Source of the DNA: Catajapyx aquilonaris
Lineage: Eukaryota
Assembly: GCA_000934665.2 (NCBI GenBank)
Contig: KZ538211.1
Location: 114,867-134,866, forward strand
Direction: 5' to 3'
Length of the DNA stretch: 20,000 nucleotides
Part shown: positions 13,791-20,000 of the stretch, one piece after another
Layout of the letters: each line of letters opens with the position of its first letter
Position numbering within the stretch: the first letter of the stretch is position 1
The notes under the pieces: model-generated
Database searches by the model: none
What the model was told of the DNA's origin: nothing
Seen by the model: the letters and a program-made list of their open reading frames with translations, nothing else
Program-made: the position numbers and the translations under genes

Positions 13791-14222
13791 ATACACTAGG
13801 TGATTATTATTAGTGGGACTTCCTCTCAAGGGCGTACTTGTCCCAAAATCAAGCCTAAAATGCAGGGTTGAGAATGGTGAGGGGCCAAGCGAGATAGACA
13901 ATGAGTCATGTTAGCCTGCCTATAGACACAAGGCAAGGCTCCCTCAGTAATCACAGCATGTGCACACGCCTATCTGCCAGGTGATCTCCTTGCAAAGAGC
14001 CGTCTTGTGTGTGTCTGCATTTTCCTAGGCCCTAGGGGAAATGTTACACTACCTTCTAGTTACTAATCATTCCCTCAACATTTCATTTTGTTTCGAACCA
14101 ACAATAACACTGGTGGTGGGCAGTCCCACTGGTACGAAACACACTGTATGTAAAATATAAAAGTAACAATATTGTTAGGCATGCTATATGATGAGCCTGT
14201 GACTTTATCCTCCTGAGACCAA

Positions 14223-14242
14223 ATGTCCATTTAAATGGACAT
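14223..14242. repeat. Perfect 20-bp palindrome ATGTCCATTTAAATGGACAT
   Basis: Read directly from the sequence. Extends to 14219-14246 with one mismatched pair. Confidence 0.9.
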
Positions 14243-14564
14243 CTGGAAAAGTTTTTTTGGCGCCAACTAGTGATGCCAACAGAACTGTAATCTGTTGGTA
14301 TCCCATGATTACAATCTGGCCTCAATAGGTGTAGCCACCTAGTGTCGAATATCTGACTTGGGCCGCGAAAATTAATTCGCGGATAAAATGGTGGATGCCA
14401 CTGCTGAAGCTAGGCGCTCATCTGATAAGTTTTATTTTTATTTTCATATTTAGAGTGCGATTTTTGTCAATGCAGCGAATGTTCTGGGATTCACAAGGAA
14501 TGCGCATTAAGAAATGCAAAGAGAAATGTCTGTGACAATCTTTGTTGCTGTCTGTTTGTTTATA

Positions 14565-15562
14565 CAGGGTGGACGGAAAGTTTCGGACCCCCCCAGGTTT
14601 TTTAACCCTACTTTTCACAGCTTCTTTTCACATCTTTTAAAAGTCCACAAGCAGTTCTAATGTACACTATCGTTTGAAGCATAATCTTGAGAACATCTGA
14701 GCACCTTCGCTCTCGCAATTCCATTAATAACTTCGCCTCTGTGACTCATCTAAACATCCTATCTGTTTTGCGTTTATTTTGCTTGTTGCCTTGGAGGACC
14801 CCTGATCATATTCTGCGTCAGATAAGGTTTTTATGACCCTTTTCCATGAGTTCCCCTTCATGTAACTGTTGTGAACTCACTCCTGACCTTATTTTTCGCA
14901 TTGGTCCACAACCTGGTCCAATAAAAATTTGAAAAGGAATGCATGAAATGGCGGACCCGGATGCATTACTTTCGAATTGGTACCATCACATTTGTCTCCA
15001 TTTTTACTTTAAAAGAATTTTTTGGTGGGAAAGGACAGTGAACAGTCCTACCTTGGTAAATTAATCAACATGACACATCCTTTCGTTCATGTCCTTTCGC
15101 ACCAAAAAATTATTTTAAAGTAAAAATGGAGACAAATGTGATGGTACCAATTCGAAAGTAATGCATCTGGGTCCGCCATTTCATGCATTCCTTTTCAAAT
15201 TTTTATTGGACCAGGTTATGGACCAATGCGAAAAATAAGGTCAGGAGTGAGTTCACAACATTTACATGAAGAGGAACTCATGAAAAAGGGTCATAAAAAC
15301 CTTATCTGAAGCAGAATATGACCAGGTGTCCTCCAAGGCAACAAGCAAAATAAACGCAAAACAGATTGGATGTTTAGATGAGTCACAGAGGCGAAGTTAT
15401 TAATGGAATTGAGAGAGCGAAGGTGCTCAGATGTTCTCAAGATTATGCTTCAAAAGATAGCGTACATTAGAACTGCTTGTGGACTTTTAAAAGATGTGAA
15501 AAGACGCTGTGAAAAGTAGGGTTAAAAAACCTGGGGGGGTCCGAAACTTTCCGTCCACCCTG
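14565..15562. mobile_element. Non-autonomous fold-back (palindromic) MITE, Tc1/mariner-type termini, 998 bp
   Basis: Begins CAGGGTGGACGGAAAG and ends CTTTCCGTCCACCCTG, with TA on both sides (14563-14564, 15563-15564). Arms 14565-15043 and 15085-15562 are reverse complements with 15 substitutions and 1 indel by manual comparison (~97%), around a ~41-bp spacer. No transposase ORF. Confidence 0.93.
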
Positions 15563-16410
15563 TATATCAGGAAATTATAATCTACTTCCAGACTACCTGG
15601 AAAGTTGAAAATTGGTGGAATGGAAGCTGGGATGGTAAAAATTACTAGCAAAGTCACAAGATTCAAACATTTTGCCCCTCCCAATGGTATCTCCACCTTG
15701 CCACAGTACAATGGTAGGGCTTGTGTTTCTCAAGTGACCATGAGATTTGTGTCTGCCATAGCTTTGTATACTGGCAGTGTCACCCAGCTGGATAGGTTCT
15801 TTTTGGGTAGCAGACAGACAAAGACAAGAGACGCCACCCTTTCCTCTCTTCTTTTTTCTCTCGTTTCTATATCCACCTATTCCACCTTTGTACAGTATCT
15901 TCCAATAGCCAGATTGCTTTGGCTCCTTCTCAATCAAACAAACAAAGAAACAATATATTTGTCTCTAGGACCAGATTTTGGGGGGCCACTTTAAGCCTAA
16001 AAGCAGGAGTTCTTAATATATTCCCTAGATGGGCAAGGGTGTCCTTCTTTCTTCTCCCATCTTGCAGCACTTATATCATTACAGTACTGTCTATGGAAAC
16101 ACCCATAGGCAGAATTAGTTGGGTGGATTGGACCAAGGCTCAAGACAGGGCAGAACATATATTGGCCATGCAAGAACGGGTCAAGCAGGTCAGGGAAAAT
16201 GGATCCAGGGCAATCACATCTCACCCTTTGAAAAGAAAAGAACAATAAAGAAAATTCATTGTGTTAACTCCCTTGATATCCAGCCCTAGTATGAACATAT
16301 TTCATTTATCAATACCTTGTGAAGATGGGATGTCTCTGCTAGTCAATTCATATGAGTCAGGCTGGGAAATACTTTCACTGAAACTGATTAGACTTAGCAA
16401 TAATACTGAC

Positions 16411-16484
16411 CTGGGGGGTGATCCTTCTAGCTCCTGCAACTTCTCCTCTATTTCTTTTTGTTGCTCCTGTAGCAAGTCCCACTC
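16411..16484 (-). CDS. KDM1A: LSD1/KDM1A internal exon (74 bp, phase 0-2), Tower helix B
   Basis: Encodes EWDLLQEQQKEIEEKLQELEGSPP plus AG. Acceptor tttaag|GAG and donor AG|gtcagt. Joins in frame to the previous exon across the 1620-bp intron 16485-18104. Confidence 0.95.
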
Positions 16485-17205
16485 CTTAAATAAAAATAAT
16501 CTGGTTTTTACATGAATAACTAGCATATAATTATGCACCATAAAATCTATGATCAATCAAGACCCAATAGGTAGGTGGTGATTTCCAATCCAGGGATAAC
16601 AACCTGACCCTCAAGGGGCAGGGTCAGTGACTTGAAGCATTTATTTAATGTAACAGAAGAAAGAAGTTCTTTTCACAGTGAACAGGTTTCCAAAACCACA
16701 GAAATTTCAACACCAGGACCAAACCAAAATTCAATGTTGGACAAATTTCCACTACATACACCTATTTTCCATAAGTTGCAGGTGTCATTTCATTGGTATG
16801 GGTACTTGGATAGCACAATTTATGGTAATATTAAGGTCTCAGTTGTGAAGAATGTGAACCAATAACTTTTTATATCTAGCGTGTTGTACAAAAATATTAC
16901 AATAGCAAAGTGTTTTACCTCCTAATTGAAAATGTGCAACTTTAAAAATTCTGGAAAGACATGTTTCAATTGCATAATGCATGGAAAATGAGAGAACGAT
17001 CTCACTTCAACGTTTCCATGGAAATACCCTCACAGAACAATATGAGTAAACAGTGTCAACAGAAAGCAACAATGGAAGAAACGATGACATCAGATCGTTC
17101 TCTCGTTTTCCGTACATTAGTAATGAATTTGTTAGTGATAACTATTACGCCATGTAATTCGAATTTATTCACCATAAAAAAGTCCCGATTTTCTCAGTTC
17201 AGCAT

Positions 17206-17538
17206 TACATAACATTTACATTACGGTACCCCATTGGGATTTACCATATCCTTCAGGGGGGTGGATTACCACCATCGGAAATTGGAGCCATATAAGAAGA
17301 TCTTATTTAATTACTCCAGGGTAGTTAGGAGGGGATGTGCAAAGTGCAAGTGCAATGTCTCTAATCGTCATTTTGTGAACTCCCCTGGGTGGCTTAGTCT
17401 ATCGGAAATTGCCACCCGAAATGAAGCCAGAGATGGCCCAACTCTGCACGGATAAAGGTGGGAACCCCGGGTGGGGATCGAACCCGGGACCTTAATATCC
17501 GTGGGCGCGAGCGTTACCGCTGCGCCACTTCACCTCCC
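17206..17538 (-). mobile_element. tRNA-derived SINE, 333 bp, with 16-bp target-site duplication
   Basis: Minus-strand head GGGAGGTGAAGTGGCGCAGCGG..., with Pol III A box TGGCGCAGCGG (17517-17527) and B box GGTTCGATCCC (17474-17484). Short-repeat 3' tail GTAATGTAAATGTTATGTA. Perfect direct repeat TTTCTCAGTTCAGCAT at 17190-17205 and 17539-17554. Confidence 0.9.
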
Positions 17539-18104
17539 TTTCTCAGTTCAGCATAAGGTCAATTTAAGACATTTTATAAATTGACTTGTTAATTATTGTG
17601 TGCTGACCTCACAAAAGGGTGAGTAGCTAACTAATTCTGCAAAACTTCTCCCTGACGTGTTTACCATCAGCAATTTGGTTGGTTTTCATATGGCTATGAA
17701 ATTTGGCCATGAAGATTTTTTATTATTGCAACGTTCCATGAATTTTCATATTCTGCCCTTCTGTACAGTCTGTACGATGGGGTTGGGTGGGGGGCGTAGA
17801 AATTAGAACCAATCCTCCATCAAGACTGAGGGCCCATTGTGTGTATGTTTTTTCTAACATCCATTACTCAGGAATTTTATCCAATTAATATTCCATTTCT
17901 GTTATAAATATTTTTTGTGATCAAAATGTGATGGTACTGTACTTCATCAGAGCTGGCACACTAACGCCACACTCTGCACTTATCTAACTAGTAAAATAAT
18001 CCACAACAATTCTACAGAGTGTACTGCAATTAGATGAGAGGCTCCTTGAGAGGCAAACTCATCTTGCAGATGATGATTAAGACAATGTTTTTAAAACTAC
18101 ATAC

Positions 18105-18239
18105 CTTGCATGCATTGTTGAGGTCCCTAAGCTTTGATCTCAGGACAAACTCCTGAGTGATGTCCCTGGCTGCTTTGTTCTCGCTTAACTCCTTGTACTG
18201 GCGGTGAAGCTCCTCAATCTTGTCTCTCAAGTTAATCAT
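18105..18239 (-). CDS. KDM1A: LSD1/KDM1A lysine-specific histone demethylase, internal exon (135 bp, phase 0-0), Tower domain
   Basis: Encodes [45 protein letters not shown] (45 codons), recognisable as the LSD1 Tower coiled coil (human [45 protein letters not shown]). Acceptor ttgcag|ATG and donor AAG|gtatgt on the minus strand. Confidence 0.95.
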
Positions 18240-19029
18240 CTGCAAATCAAAAAGCACAACATGTGAAAATATATACAGTAAATGAATTACCTTAACACTG
18301 ATTCACCTTACCAATATTAAGTTAACCATTAAACCTAATCTCACTGCATTTTCTTATATTAGATTATGGGCAATTTAAAAAAACCATGGAATCGGAAAGC
18401 ACCCTATGATACCCTGTACATGACTTGGCATTTATGCACCCCTTGCTCTAAGCTTCTTTGCATGCCACAGGGAGCATTACCTGCATATCAAACTCAGGGG
18501 AGTAGGCGCACTTGGTGAATCCGAGACCATATTGCGTATCATGACTGACAGAGAATAGTACAGTACTGCAATCGTGTCTCCTGCTGTACCCAGGGTCTCA
18601 GTTATTGAAGGCTCTAAAGATGCTGTCCATTTCTCATTATATTTAATAGATCTTATTAAAATATAATGAAGGAAAGTCCTACCTAGCAGTTGAAACAAAA
18701 ATTACTTTCACAGTACATAAGTTTCCACTATATCCAGGGTCTATGTAACCATCCTGAATCTCTTATAAAAATTAACAAATGTGAGAGATAAGAAAAAAAA
18801 AGAGACGCCTCTAGGACAAAATTGGTGCATTTGGAAACACACGGCAATCCAGGGATACAAGACAGGCAATGCTTGGAATAAGCAGAGTAACAATAATGAT
18901 TTATGTCACACTACTCTGGTAAAGGTATAAAGGCAATGGAATAAATGCATCTGTACAGCACTACACTGCACAGTAGGACAGAATCGGAAAAAGGTAGCCA
19001 TAACATGATAAAATTACTTGAGGACAACA

Positions 19030-19370
19030 AAAATGAGGATTCAGGGGTTTTCATACACTGGGAATTCAAATCTGTTGCAAAAAATACATAATTCAATATG
19101 GCGAATCCAATATGGCGGACGCATAACATAAAACTGATCACATTTCACTGAAAATTGGGATTCAGGGGTTTTCCTCGACGCGGAATTCAAATCTGTTGCT
19201 AAAAATGCATAATCCAATATGGCGGATCCATTATGGCAGATGCATAACATAAAACTGATCACAGTTCACTGAAAATTGGGATGTAGGGGTTTTCCTAGAC
19301 TCGCAGTCACGCGCAGTTGAAATCTGTTGATAAAATATATAATTTTCTATATGGCGAATTCAATACGGAG
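19030..19370. repeat. 121-bp tandem repeat, ~3 copies, within a larger degenerate array (~18930-19545)
   Basis: GGAT(TC/GT)AGGGGTTTTC recurs at 19037, 19158 and 19279 (period 121). Units share AAATCTGTTG and ATATGGCG; the first two also share GCATAACATAAAACTGATCACA. Confidence 0.88.
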
Positions 19371-20000
19371 GCGAATATACTTGCAAGCACTGTAGCACAG
19401 CAGGACTAATAGCATGACATGGCCAAAAATCTATAAATAAATCCTTTCTCTGAACAAAAACAGTCGTAAGGGGGTTTATTGAGACTCGAAATCCGAATGC
19501 GATGTCAAAAATGAAAGATTAAAGTGATTGATCCAAGATGGAAATCTACATTGAAGGAATTTCGATTATTCTGCATAAAATAATAGGCCTAATTGTATCT
19601 TTCATAATCGAAGATATTAATTATGTGTAACAAAGTATCTGTAACATCCAAATCGCGAGAAGAAAACAATGCCTCAAGACCACGAGGCGAGGCATATGCT
19701 ATTAGCTCAGAACCAGCCAGTTCAATTCCCGGCGATAGGCTATGAAGGCCACTAGCATCAAAAAAATGCATTTCGGGGCGAAAAAGAGGCGTCAAGCTGT
19801 TTCAACTTGAGATATCACTTGTCATGAAAGGCCTGCCTTTAAACTTTCAGATGTTGTTGAAATTGGCTGCTCGAAAGTGCCCTAATGTGAGATAAATAAA
19901 TATTTACCTCACCCCACCCCATCATTTGCTATTGCATTACACTGTTGCGCGATTTTTCAATTTACACCGCGAAGCCTTACAATATTTTGCTTCCTTTCCA

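Noticed and set aside
15593..16248. Overlapping 82-129 aa ORFs in the LSD1 intron
   Set aside because: No homology recognised. They occur on both strands in CpG-depleted intronic sequence.
16604..16627. Hairpin CTGACCCT/AGGGTCAG as a Helitron 3' end or nuclear-receptor element
   Set aside because: An 8-bp stem is near chance expectation, the nearby CTGG on the minus strand is not followed by T, and no 5' end was found.
17455..17538. Functional tRNA gene
   Set aside because: A and B boxes are present but there is no clean acceptor or anticodon stem. It is embedded in a TSD-flanked element, so it is called as a SINE head.
19030..19370. CRISPR-like array
   Set aside because: Whole 121-bp units are repeated with no unique spacers, and the context is a eukaryotic intron.

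Overview
Eukaryotic, most likely insect, genomic DNA from a draft assembly (29-N gap at 5821-5849). The right third (~12.4-20 kb) is the CpG-depleted body of a minus-strand LSD1/KDM1A (Su(var)3-3) histone demethylase gene. Three canonical GT-AG exons (18105-18239, 16411-16484, 13312-13460) splice in frame and encode the Tower domain and part of the amine-oxidase domain. Its introns carry a young ~1-kb near-perfect palindromic Tc1/mariner-type MITE, an intact tRNA-derived SINE with a 16-bp TSD, an old hAT-type MITE and a 121-bp tandem repeat. The left ~12.4 kb is CpG-rich and non-coding as far as I can read it, with G/purine tracts and old degenerate inverted-repeat relics. I found none of the expected downstream LSD1 exons there. 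I cannot support a novel multi-gene system. The points most worth checking are the intronic ~480-bp hairpin, the SINE family, the abrupt CpG boundary with the missing 3' half of LSD1, and exon-like sequence just past the last donor site.
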